A stretch of DNA of 32,000 bases. Origin: Anabaena cylindrica UHCC 0172 (GTDB lineage: Bacteria; Cyanobacteriota; Cyanobacteriia; Cyanobacteriales; Nostocaceae). Below, one piece after another: positions 9,430 through 17,599 of this stretch. Location: positions 20,647 through 52,646 of the forward strand of contig NZ_JAYGGY010000091.1 in assembly GCF_034931625.1 (NCBI RefSeq), given 5' to 3'. The stretch's first letter is position 1; each line of letters begins with the position of its first letter. The position numbers and the translations under genes are program-made. The notes beneath the pieces are model-generated. The model searched no databases and was not told the DNA's origin. It worked only from the letters and a program-made list of their open reading frames with translations.

Positions 9430-9656
9430 AGAAATCAAAATTTTCCTCTGTCCCAACTAGTAGTCTGTCAAGAACTAATTGACGGGTAAATAAATTTTCT
9501 TTCTTCCTTCTCCCTTCTTCCTATCCCTACGGGACGCTACGCGAACGCGGTTCGTTTCTTCTTTATCCGTCAAAATATATTTGACAGACTACTAGCGATC
9601 GCAGATGCGGTTTTCTCCTTTATAGTTACAGATAGCCACTGTAGAATCAACCAGAA
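9430..9656 (-). pseudogene. Relic of the 5' end of a GT2 gene (paralogous to 6941-7879), disrupted by a MITE
   Basis: The reverse complement of 9604-9654 reads LVDSTVAICNYKGENRI, versus MVDFTVAICTYNGENRI in the intact gene, and the start codon is lost (CTG). Similarity resumes at ttcctctgtcccaa (9443-9456) on the other side of the 9457-9595 insertion. Confidence 0.75.
9457..9595. mobile_element. 139-bp MITE with perfect 15-bp terminal inverted repeats
   Basis: ctagtagtctgtcaa (9457-9471) and ttgacagactactag (9581-9595) are exact reverse complements, with subterminal ttgacgg/ccgtcaa. The element interrupts sequence that is contiguous in the paralogous copy at 7786-7830. Possible CTAG target duplication. 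Confidence 0.75.
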
Positions 9657-10007
9657 GCCTTTTGTGATGTCAATTTTGTAAATTAATCTGCCTTAAATGC
9701 GCTGGTATCTTGATTAAAGAATTTCGGCTAATACGTAATTATTCTTAGTAATATCGCACAAAATACTATTTGGCAATCAGTATAATATATATGTCTCTAT
9801 TGTCACTTTAGGGAAGTTCGTGATGAAATAAATCGTCACCGAAACAGTATTGATGTGTGAATTCCAACAAATGACTACAGATTACCTTAAAATCAAGCTA
9901 GTTACTTAGTAATTTTAGTTGCTCACTCAAAGCTTATTAGCTTTCAATTACTGCTATCAGACAGTCAAGTTGATATTCAAAAAATTTAAAATTTATGAAT
10001 TGGAAAT

Positions 10008-10907
10008 ATGCTGAAAATTAAAAACTTAAACAAGTCTTACGGCAGCAGAAAAGTTCTCCAGGACTTGCAATTACATATTGAATCAGGGGAAATTTATGGC
10101 TTATTAGGTGCAAATGGAGCGGGTAAAACTACAACAATCAATATTATTTGTAATCTCCTCAACACAGACAGCGGTGATGTTATAATTAATAATCAATCTG
10201 TTTCAGAAGCGACCAAAAAATTAATTGGGATTGCACCTCAAGAAAATCTGTTGTATAAGACTCTATCTTGTGAAGAAAATCTCAATTTTTTTGCTGCTAT
10301 TTATGGTTTAGATCGTCAAACACGCCAGAAACAAGTAAAAGCAACTCTCACGGCTGTTAACTTATTAGATAGGGCTAAAAGTCCTGTAGAAACTCTTAGT
10401 GGTGGAATGCAAAGACGGTTAAATATTGCTGTGGCTTTAGTACATCAGCCGCAATTAGTAATTCTTGATGAACCGACTACAGGCTTAGATATTGAAGCAA
10501 GATATGAAATCTGGGAATTAATTCGCCAACTTAAAAATCAGGGCATGACGATTTTATTAACAACACATTTATTAGATGAAGCTGAAAGACTGTGTAATAG
10601 AATTGGGATTTTGAAAAATGGTAGAATTTTAGCTGAGGGGAGTTTATCTGAGTTAAAAACCTCAATTCCGGCTCAAGAAATTATCGTGTTACAAACTACA
10701 CAAGAAGAAGAAGCGATCGCACTAGCTGATAAATATGGCTTTACAACCCGGCGTTATGGGAGCGATTTAGCTTTTTGGTTGCCAGAAACGCTAGAATTAA
10801 AAGAAATCATTGCCAAGTTTGACAGTATACCCATTGATTCAATTTCACGTCAGCCTGTGCGGTTAGAGCATATTTATGTAGAAGTAACTCAAGGTAATGA
10901 GTATTGA
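10008..10907 (+). CDS. ABC transporter ATP-binding protein (ABC-2/DrrA-like with C-terminal extension)
   Basis: Walker A GANGAGKTT, signature LSGGMQRRL, Walker B LVILDEPTTGLD and H-loop TTHLLDE. 299 aa. Confidence 0.9.
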   Translation: MLKIKNLNKSYGSRKVLQDLQLHIESGEIYGLLGANGAGKTTTINIICNLLNTDSGDVIINNQSVSEATKKLIGIAPQENLLYKTLSCEENLNFFAAIYGLDRQTRQKQVKATLTAVNLLDRAKSPVETLSGGMQRRLNIAVALVHQPQLVILDEPTTGLDIEARYEIWELIRQLKNQGMTILLTTHLLDEAERLCNRIGILKNGRILAEGSLSELKTSIPAQEIIVLQTTQEEEAIALADKYGFTTRRYGSDLAFWLPETLELKEIIAKFDSIPIDSISRQPVRLEHIYVEVTQGNEY

Positions 10908-10940
10908 GTACCGAGTACCGAGTACCGAGTATCGAGTAAA
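10899..10940. repeat. STRR heptamer array (gagtacc, 6 units) overlapping the ABC ATPase stop codon
   Basis: gagtatt gagtacc gagtacc gagtacc gagtatc gagtaaa. The TGA stop (10905-10907) is formed at a unit junction. Confidence 0.9.
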
Positions 10941-10976
10941 AAGCTCTAATTTTTGACCCATTACCTATTACCTATC

Positions 10977-11366
10977 ATGGATATTATTGAAATTCTCAAA
11001 GCCGACTATCAAAGATTTCCAGTCAATCAAACTTACAGTATTTATGCGTCAGATGTTTATTTTCAAGATCCGGTTTTTAAATTTCGTGGTTTAGAACTTT
11101 ATAAATGGATGATTAAATTTATCCAGACTTTCTTCCTCAATCTGAAAATGGATTTACATAATATTCAACGCCAAGAAGACACAATTAAAAGCGAGTGGAC
11201 ACTTAGTTGGAATTCCCCTCTACCGTGGAAACCCCGCATTTCCATATCTGGTTGGAGTGAACTACTTATCAACGCTGATGGTTTAATAGTTTCCCACATT
11301 GATTATTGGCATGGTTCTCGATTAGATGTCTTAAAGCAACACCTATTTTCCTTAAACAACGGATAA
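10977..11366 (+). CDS. DUF2358-like conserved cyanobacterial/plant protein
   Basis: YASDVYFQDPVFKFRGLELYK matches my recollection of the DUF2358 core. ATG 10977 is preferred because the TTG 10953 lies inside an attacc heptamer repeat. Confidence 0.55.
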   Translation: MDIIEILKADYQRFPVNQTYSIYASDVYFQDPVFKFRGLELYKWMIKFIQTFFLNLKMDLHNIQRQEDTIKSEWTLSWNSPLPWKPRISISGWSELLINADGLIVSHIDYWHGSRLDVLKQHLFSLNNG

Positions 11367-11409
11367 TGTAAATAAATGTAAACAAAATTAAAGCAGGACA
11401 GAATCATCC

Positions 11410-12597
11410 ATGCGTGTAATTTTAATGACAGGTAAGGGTGGCGTGGGTAAAACCTCAGTCGCCGCAGCAACGGGACTTCGTTGTGCAGAACTCGGCTACC
11501 GAACACTAGTTTTAAGTACAGACCCTGCTCATTCTCTAGCAGACAGCTTTGATCTAGAATTGGGACATGATGCTCGACAAGTACGCCCAAATTTGTGGGG
11601 TGCTGAACTCGACGCATTGCAAGAATTAGAAGGTAACTGGGGTGCTGTAAAGCGTTACATTACCCAAGTTTTGCAAGCACGGGGTTTAGACGGGATACAG
11701 GCGGAAGAATTGGCGATTTTACCAGGCATGGATGAGATTTTCGGCTTGGTAAGGATGAAACGTCACTATGATGAAGGGGAATTTGACGTTTTGATTATTG
11801 ATTCTGCCCCAACTGGTACTGCACTACGCCTATTGAGTTTACCGGAAGTTGGCGGCTGGTATATGCGGCGTTTTTACAAACCTTTTCAAAACATCTCTGT
11901 AGCACTTCGACCTCTGGTTGAACCTATTTTTAGGCCAATTGCTGGTTTTTCTTTACCAGATAGAGAAGTGATGGATGCGCCTTATGAATTTTATGAACAA
12001 ATAGAAGCTTTGGAAAAAGTATTAACTGATAATACTCAAACCTCAGTCCGTCTTGTCACCAATCCAGAAAAAATGGTGATTAAAGAATCTCTCCGCGCCC
12101 ATGCTTATCTAAGTTTATATAATGTGGCGACAGATTTAATTGTAGCTAATCGTATTATTCCTCAAGAAGTTAAAGATCCATTTTTCCAACGGTGGAAAGA
12201 GAATCAAGAACAATACCGTCAAGAAATTCATGATAACTTCCACCCTTTACCGGTGAAAGAAGTACCTCTTTATTCTGAAGAAATGTGCGGTTTGGCAGCA
12301 TTAGAGAGACTTAAAGAAACTCTTTACCCAGATGAAGATCCAACTCAGATTTATTACAAAGAAACAACTATTAGAGTTGTACAAGAGAATAACCAATACA
12401 GCTTAGAACTTTATTTACCTGGCATTCCTAAAAACCAAGTGCAACTCAGTAAAAGTGGTGATGAATTAAATATTACTATTGGTAATCATCGCCGTAATTT
12501 GGTTTTACCCCAGGCTTTAGCAGCACTGCAACCATCAGGTGCAAAGATGGAAGATGATTATCTGAAAATCCGCTTTGCTGAGATTGTGAAAGTTTAG
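11410..12597 (+). CDS. GET3/TRC40/ArsA-family ATPase with C-terminal HSP20/alpha-crystallin-like domain
   Basis: Deviant Walker [10 protein letters not shown] and STDPAHSL. The C-terminal roughly 80 aa ([38 protein letters not shown]) has an HSP20-like beta pattern. Confidence 0.85.
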   Translation: MRVILMTGKGGVGKTSVAAATGLRCAELGYRTLVLSTDPAHSLADSFDLELGHDARQVRPNLWGAELDALQELEGNWGAVKRYITQVLQARGLDGIQAEELAILPGMDEIFGLVRMKRHYDEGEFDVLIIDSAPTGTALRLLSLPEVGGWYMRRFYKPFQNISVALRPLVEPIFRPIAGFSLPDREVMDAPYEFYEQIEALEKVLTDNTQTSVRLVTNPEKMVIKESLRAHAYLSLYNVATDLIVANRIIPQEVKDPFFQRWKENQEQYRQEIHDNFHPLPVKEVPLYSEEMCGLAALERLKETLYPDEDPTQIYYKETTIRVVQENNQYSLELYLPGIPKNQVQLSKSGDELNITIGNHRRNLVLPQALAALQPSGAKMEDDYLKIRFAEIVKV

Positions 12598-12618
12598 GTG
12601 ACAGGTGACAGGTGAAGA
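12598..12618. repeat. STRR heptamer array (ggtgaca, 3 units) immediately after the ArsA-family stop
   Basis: ggtgaca ggtgaca ggtgaag starts 1 nt after TAG 12595-12597. A complementary gtcacctgttacc lies about 100 nt downstream (12708-12720). Confidence 0.8.
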
Positions 12619-12894
12619 AAAAGCTATCAGTTATCAGTGGCAATAGGTAGGAGTTTTTAATTTTTGTGAATGTGACCTACCGGAAGCACTATTTTGAATT
12701 GTTTTTGTCACCTGTTACCTTTTAAGAGTTCCCTGGCTATAATTTTGTGGAAATTGATGATCAAAATAATGATTTTTGCCTCCAGTTAGGATGTGACCGT
12801 ATACTTACTGTGGGCAAAGCTCTCAGGAAAACCTTTAAATATTATTAAGCTCAAGAATCGACTATAGTAAGATATTAATTATTGTATAAAAAAG

Positions 12895-15654
12895 ATGGTT
12901 TCTATCCCTCCACTAAACCAGAGAGCAGGTATGTCTCAAGAAACCTTACTGCGTTGGATTACAAATCGCATCCGGCAGTCTTTAGAGTTGAAAGATATTA
13001 TCACAGCGACAACGGCGGAAGTTCAGTCTTTACTGGGAACTGACCGAGTAATGATTTACAAATTTCATGCTGATGGCAGTGGTCAGGTTATTGCTGAATC
13101 CATTTATGAAAATCGGATACCATCCTTATTGGGGTTGAATTTCCCTGCTGATGACATTCCGCCTCATGCGCGTGAAATGTTTATGAAGTCGCGGGTGCGT
13201 TCTGTCGTGAATGTTGATTCCAGGCAGATTGGTCAAAGTCCTCAGCGTGATATGGAAACAGGGGAAATTATTTCTGAAGAGATTCTTTACCGTTCAGTAG
13301 ATCCATGTCATGTGGAATATTTAACGGCTATGGGGGTTAAGTCTTCTGTAGTTGCGCCGATTATTCATGAAGATCAATTGTGGGGATTGTTAGTATCTCA
13401 TCATTCTGAAGCCCGTGATGTGGCAGAATATGAACTAGAAGCGATGCAGATGGTGGTAGAGCAGTTGTCTGTTGCGATCGCACAAAGTAATCTCCTCAAC
13501 CAGGCCCGTACCAAAGCCGAACGAGAAACCATTATCAACCGTATTGCTACCCTCCTCCATTCACTGCCAACAATTGTCTTACAGCCAGCTTTAGAAGCCA
13601 CAGTTGCTGCTTTTAATGGTGTTGGTGGCAGGTTATGCATCAGACACAATGCCTTTGACTTCCAACATAGTAGCTTTCAATCTTTAACAAAATGTTTAAT
13701 TCCTGGGAGCAATTGTCTTCGGCTTTATGTATGTGGACAGCAACCTGTTATTTCTGAACAAAATATATATCCACTGTTAGAGCAGTATAGCGTCTGGCAA
13801 GAACATTACAAATCTGGTCAATACGACATTTGGGCAATTTCTGATATCTACCAAAATTCTAATTTACGCATTGTCCAACTTGCTTTTAAACCTACAAAAA
13901 TCCGCAGCATTTTAATGATTCCCCTCCACTATCGACAAGAATTAGTGGGTTATTTAAGCATTTTTCGCAACGAAATAGACACAGAAACCCTTTGGGCTGG
14001 TAAATTTGACCCAGACAACAGACAACTTTATCCCCGTCTATCTTTTGACTTGTGGAGCGAATCTAAACAAGGACAAGCCCAAAAATGGACAAATGAAGAA
14101 ATTGAACTAGCTAGAGAAATTAGTAAACACTTTGCTTCTGCTATTCAGCAATATGAACTTTACCAACAGGTACAAAGTTTTAATGAAAATTTAGAAAAAC
14201 AAGTCCACAAGCGGACATTAGAAATGCAAAGGACTGCTGAACAACAACAAGCTGTATTTGGAGTTATTAACAAAATCCGCCAGTCTCTTGATACCGAGGC
14301 TATTTTTAAAACCACCACAAAGGAAGTTTGTCAATTAATCAAAGCAGATCGTGTTTCTGTTTATAAATTCAGTGCTGATTGGGGTGGGGCATTTGTGGGT
14401 GATTTTGAAGCTGCTAGTCCCAACTGGTTCAATGAATCTAAACTTGGTATTAATACAATTTGGAATGATACTTATTTACAAGACACTGAAGGAGGAAGAT
14501 ATCGTAATAATGAAACCTTTGCCGTAGATGATATCTACCAAATGGGATTTACACCCTGTCATGTCGATAATCTAGAACAGTTTCAAATTCATGCTTTTGT
14601 ATTAGCTCCTATTTTAATTAGAAAAAAACTTTGGGGTTTACTTTGTACTTATCAACATACAGGTCCGCGTCAATGGAAACCATCTGAAGTTAATTTTATC
14701 AGTCAGATCGCAGCGCAACTTGGAGTAGCAATTCAACAAGCTGAATTGTTGGTAAAAACTCAGCAACAAGCAGAACAACTCACACAAACTCTGCATGAAC
14801 TACAAGCTACTCAAACCCAACTTATTCAAACTGAGAAAATGTCTTCTTTAGGGCAACTTGTGGCAGGTGTAGCCCATGAAATTAATAATCCAGTTAACTT
14901 TATCTCTGGCAACCTCATTCATATCAATGAATATGCTGAAGACTTACTGAGTATGCTCAATCTCTATCAGCAAAAATGCCCAGAACCAAGCCAAGATATT
15001 TTAGAACTGGCAGAAGAATTAGATTTAGAATTTTTGATCAAAGATTTACCTAAAAGTTTATATTCCATGAAAATTGGAGTTGAGCGCATTCGGCAAATCG
15101 TCTTATCTTTGCGAAATTTCTCGCGACTTGATGAATCTGAAATGAAGGAAGTTAATATCCATGATGGCATTGATAGTACTTTGCTGATTTTGCAGCATCG
15201 GTTAAAAGCCAGACCTGAATTTCCTTGTATTAAAATAATTAAAGAATATAGTGATTTACCGTTAATAGAGTGTTATGCTGGGCAACTAAATCAAGTATTT
15301 ATGAATATTTTGAGTAATGCGATTGATGCCTTAGAAAGTTACAAAACATCCACCGCAGAAACTCCCACAATATGGAACATTACTATTTCTACTACTATTA
15401 AAGAAGTAAATAGCAATCTTAAAAATGTAGTGATTAGAATTAGTGACAATGGACCAGGAATGCCAGAAACTGTCAGGACAAGAATATTTGACCCATTTTT
15501 CACTACTAAGCCAGTAGGTAAAGGGACTGGCTTGGGGTTATCAATTAGCTATCAAATTGTGGTAGAAAAACACGGTGGTTTGTTGAAATGTAATTCGCAA
15601 CCAGATAGGGGTACAGAATTCTTGATTGAAATTCCAATTAAGCATTTGGTGTAA
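12895..15654 (+). CDS. Knotless-phytochrome (GAF-PHY) plus cyanobacteriochrome GAF sensor histidine kinase
   Basis: GAF1: FPADDIPPHAREMF and DPCHVEYLTAMGV (Cys138, tgt 13306-13308). PHY tongue motifs: LWAGKF, PRLSF, WSE. GAF3: IWNDTYLQDTEGGRY and TPCHVDNLEQFQ (Cys555, tgt 14557-14559). Kinase: H-box AHEINNP, N-box NILSNAIDAL, G1 DNGPGM, G2 GKGTGLGL. Confidence 0.88.
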   Translation: MVSIPPLNQRAGMSQETLLRWITNRIRQSLELKDIITATTAEVQSLLGTDRVMIYKFHADGSGQVIAESIYENRIPSLLGLNFPADDIPPHAREMFMKSRVRSVVNVDSRQIGQSPQRDMETGEIISEEILYRSVDPCHVEYLTAMGVKSSVVAPIIHEDQLWGLLVSHHSEARDVAEYELEAMQMVVEQLSVAIAQSNLLNQARTKAERETIINRIATLLHSLPTIVLQPALEATVAAFNGVGGRLCIRHNAFDFQHSSFQSLTKCLIPGSNCLRLYVCGQQPVISEQNIYPLLEQYSVWQEHYKSGQYDIWAISDIYQNSNLRIVQLAFKPTKIRSILMIPLHYRQELVGYLSIFRNEIDTETLWAGKFDPDNRQLYPRLSFDLWSESKQGQAQKWTNEEIELAREISKHFASAIQQYELYQQVQSFNENLEKQVHKRTLEMQRTAEQQQAVFGVINKIRQSLDTEAIFKTTTKEVCQLIKADRVSVYKFSADWGGAFVGDFEAASPNWFNESKLGINTIWNDTYLQDTEGGRYRNNETFAVDDIYQMGFTPCHVDNLEQFQIHAFVLAPILIRKKLWGLLCTYQHTGPRQWKPSEVNFISQIAAQLGVAIQQAELLVKTQQQAEQLTQTLHELQATQTQLIQTEKMSSLGQLVAGVAHEINNPVNFISGNLIHINEYAEDLLSMLNLYQQKCPEPSQDILELAEELDLEFLIKDLPKSLYSMKIGVERIRQIVLSLRNFSRLDESEMKEVNIHDGIDSTLLILQHRLKARPEFPCIKIIKEYSDLPLIECYAGQLNQVFMNILSNAIDALESYKTSTAETPTIWNITISTTIKEVNSNLKNVVIRISDNGPGMPETVRTRIFDPFFTTKPVGKGTGLGLSISYQIVVEKHGGLLKCNSQPDRGTEFLIEIPIKHLV

Positions 15655-15658
15655 GAAT

Positions 15659-15694
<36 letters not shown>

Positions 15695-15696
15695 TT

Positions 15697-15908
15697 CCTC
15701 GTTCCCATACTCTGTATGGGAATGAATTTCAAAAGGCTCTACCTTTAGTTACAGCACTTTTCTTATTAAAGTGCCACACTTAAGTGTACAAAAGGTTTAT
15801 GGTGAAAGGATTATAGGATTTCATTTTGTACCAAACGGTTGAGCAAAGTGCTGTATATTAGAGCCAGAGGCTCTATGATGACATTCCCAGTTAGAAACTG
15901 GGAACGAG
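15697..15908. mobile_element. MITE-like long hairpin element between convergent genes
   Basis: Left arm cctcgttcccatactctgtatgggaatg...aggctct (15697-15740) is complementary to right arm agaggctct...cattcccagttagaaactgggaacgag (15866-15908). Inner pair: acagcacttt / aaagtgctgt. Confidence 0.55.
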
Positions 15909-15943
15909 ATAACGAGATAAAATCCTAATTAAACATAGTACTG

Positions 15944-17092
15944 CTAATTTCTCAGTTGTACAGGCATTGCTAAATAAGTCATTTTTAAACCACCTAAAGG
16001 CGTAAAAATTACTGGAGTTAAGCTTTGATTTAAGTGCATTTGAATTTCTGTAGATGGTAACTCTTTCAAGCCTTCCATTAAATATTTAACATTAAAGGCA
16101 ATATCTATATCTTCACCAGATATTTGTGCTGACATTGATTCTGTGCCACTACCCACATCTTGAGCTTCACAAGATAGGGTAATTTCTTGATTGGCGTTAT
16201 CAATGCTGACTTTGACAATATTATTTTTCTGGTCAGCTAACACAGCAATTCGCTCTAAGGTGCTGATAAATTGTCGCCGTTCTAATGTTACTTGTCGCTC
16301 AAATTGACGGGGTATTAGTTGGCGATAAGCGGGATATTGACCTTCTAAAGTGCGGCTAGTTAAACGTTGATTTTGCCAAGCAAATACAACTTGACCTTGA
16401 TCAAAATATAAGGCTACAGTTTCTTCTGATGAGCTATGAGCTAACATTCTTTGCAGTTCGCGTAATGCTCTTGCTGGTACTGTGACTTCTAGTTGATTGC
16501 TACCATCTAGAGGACGCTCATTAGTGGTTTCCAGCACAGCTAGGCGATGTCCGTCCGTAGCTGCAAATTCTAAAGTATCTTCTTTAACTGTTAGATGTAC
16601 GCCGGTGAGGACTTGTTTAGTTTCATCTGCGCTGGTAGCGAATAATGAACCGCGTAAGCCTTCAATGAGTGCAGCGGTGGTGAGTTGAATGGCTTCAGAA
16701 TTTTCAATGATTGGTAATTCGGGAAATTCTTCTGCTCCCATAGCGCGGACTTGATACTTGCCGTTTTTGGGTTTGAGGGTGACTATTAAGCCTTCTCCGG
16801 TAGAGTCTGCTGATTCGTCATCTAGGGTGATTTCGCCTTCTGGAAGACGAGAGGTGATATCTACAAGTAGTCTAGCAGGAAGTGCGATCGCTCCCCCTTC
16901 AATTACATCGGCACTAAAACTGCTACGGATACCCAAGCTGAGATCAAAGGCTGTTAAGCTAACTTGGTTAGTTTGAGCATCGGCTTGTAGCAGTATATTG
17001 GCAAGTATAGGATGAGTTGGCCTTGATGGTACTGCACGACTAACGAGTGAAAGATTGGTACTAAGATCGCTTTGAGCGCAAACTAATTTCAT
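15944..17092 (-). CDS. dnaN: DNA polymerase III subunit beta (sliding clamp)
   Basis: 382 aa, N-terminus MKLVCAQSDLSTNLSLVSRAVPSRPTHPILANILL, three-domain length, located next to the DnaA boxes and dnaA. Confidence 0.95.
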   Translation of the reverse strand: MKLVCAQSDLSTNLSLVSRAVPSRPTHPILANILLQADAQTNQVSLTAFDLSLGIRSSFSADVIEGGAIALPARLLVDITSRLPEGEITLDDESADSTGEGLIVTLKPKNGKYQVRAMGAEEFPELPIIENSEAIQLTTAALIEGLRGSLFATSADETKQVLTGVHLTVKEDTLEFAATDGHRLAVLETTNERPLDGSNQLEVTVPARALRELQRMLAHSSSEETVALYFDQGQVVFAWQNQRLTSRTLEGQYPAYRQLIPRQFERQVTLERRQFISTLERIAVLADQKNNIVKVSIDNANQEITLSCEAQDVGSGTESMSAQISGEDIDIAFNVKYLMEGLKELPSTEIQMHLNQSLTPVIFTPLGGLKMTYLAMPVQLRN

Positions 17093-17170
17093 ATAGCAGG
17101 GAACAGGGTTGAAAAAATAATCCTAACTTATTATCTTGCTCTAAGGACTAGGAATCTGGAGACTAGCATC

Positions 17171-17391
17171 TGTGGAAAACTTGTGGAAAACTAGGCTGGT
17201 TTTTCCACAGAGTAATTATACTCAAGAGAATTTACTGGAAAAATCTTGACGTTTTCCACAGTTTTTTCCACAAAAGGTAATTATTTCTCCACAATTGTAG
17301 TTAAATTTAACAATTTTTTATACTTAGCTTAATATTGCTGCTGAAATACTCAAATATCAAGACTATCAGTTTGGCTGTTGGTTGTGGAAAA
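17171..17391. other. Candidate oriC: cluster of cyanobacterial-type DnaA boxes (TTTTCCACA)
   Basis: Perfect 9-mers at 17171-17179, 17182-17190 and 17383-17391 (as tgtggaaaa), and at 17201-17209, 17252-17260 and 17264-17272 (as ttttccaca). One-mismatch box ttctccaca at 17285-17293. An AT-rich stretch at about 17294-17360 lies inside the cluster. Confidence 0.8.
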
Positions 17392-17446
17392 CATTGTTAA
17401 TTCGTAATTCTTAATTTTATCCTCTACCCTTCTGCTTCCTCTGCCT

Positions 17447-17561
17447 TATTTTTGAGAACGACTATTCATGTGAATGCGATCGCTGCGCTCGCCGTATCCC
17501 TTACGGAACCGTAGGAAAGACATCGCTCAATTGGCGTAAAGTTGGGATTAAAGTCCTGTCT
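17447..17561 (-). pseudogene. Displaced duplicate of the last 72 nt of dnaA (including the stop), with a 43-nt insertion
   Basis: 17447-17484 matches 18783-18820 at 37/38 positions. 17528-17561 matches 18821-18854 at 30/34. The extra 43 nt (17485-17527) are absent from dnaA. Confidence 0.8.
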
Positions 17562-17599
17562 CTTGGCGCTAAACCATAACTCCTTTGATTTGTAAATAG

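Noticed and set aside
1-10907. Idea that the permease (1-740) and the ATPase (10008-10907) are halves of one operon split by insertion of the glycan island
   Set aside because: The gene order (permease before ATPase) is atypical for ABC-2 systems. There are no matching junction sequences at the island edges. The permease probably pairs with an off-window upstream ATPase.
11303-11617. 104-aa minus-strand ORF spanning the DUF2358 / ArsA-family junction
   Set aside because: It overlaps both well-supported plus-strand genes and has no recognisable features.
12598-12894. Riboswitch or leader, or NtcA (GTA-N8-TAC) / DIF-type motifs upstream of the photoreceptor kinase and other genes
   Set aside because: I found no exact GTA-N8-TAC or TCCGGA element at a sensible distance from a start codon, and no recognisable riboswitch core. 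The region is mostly STRR-related inverted sequence.
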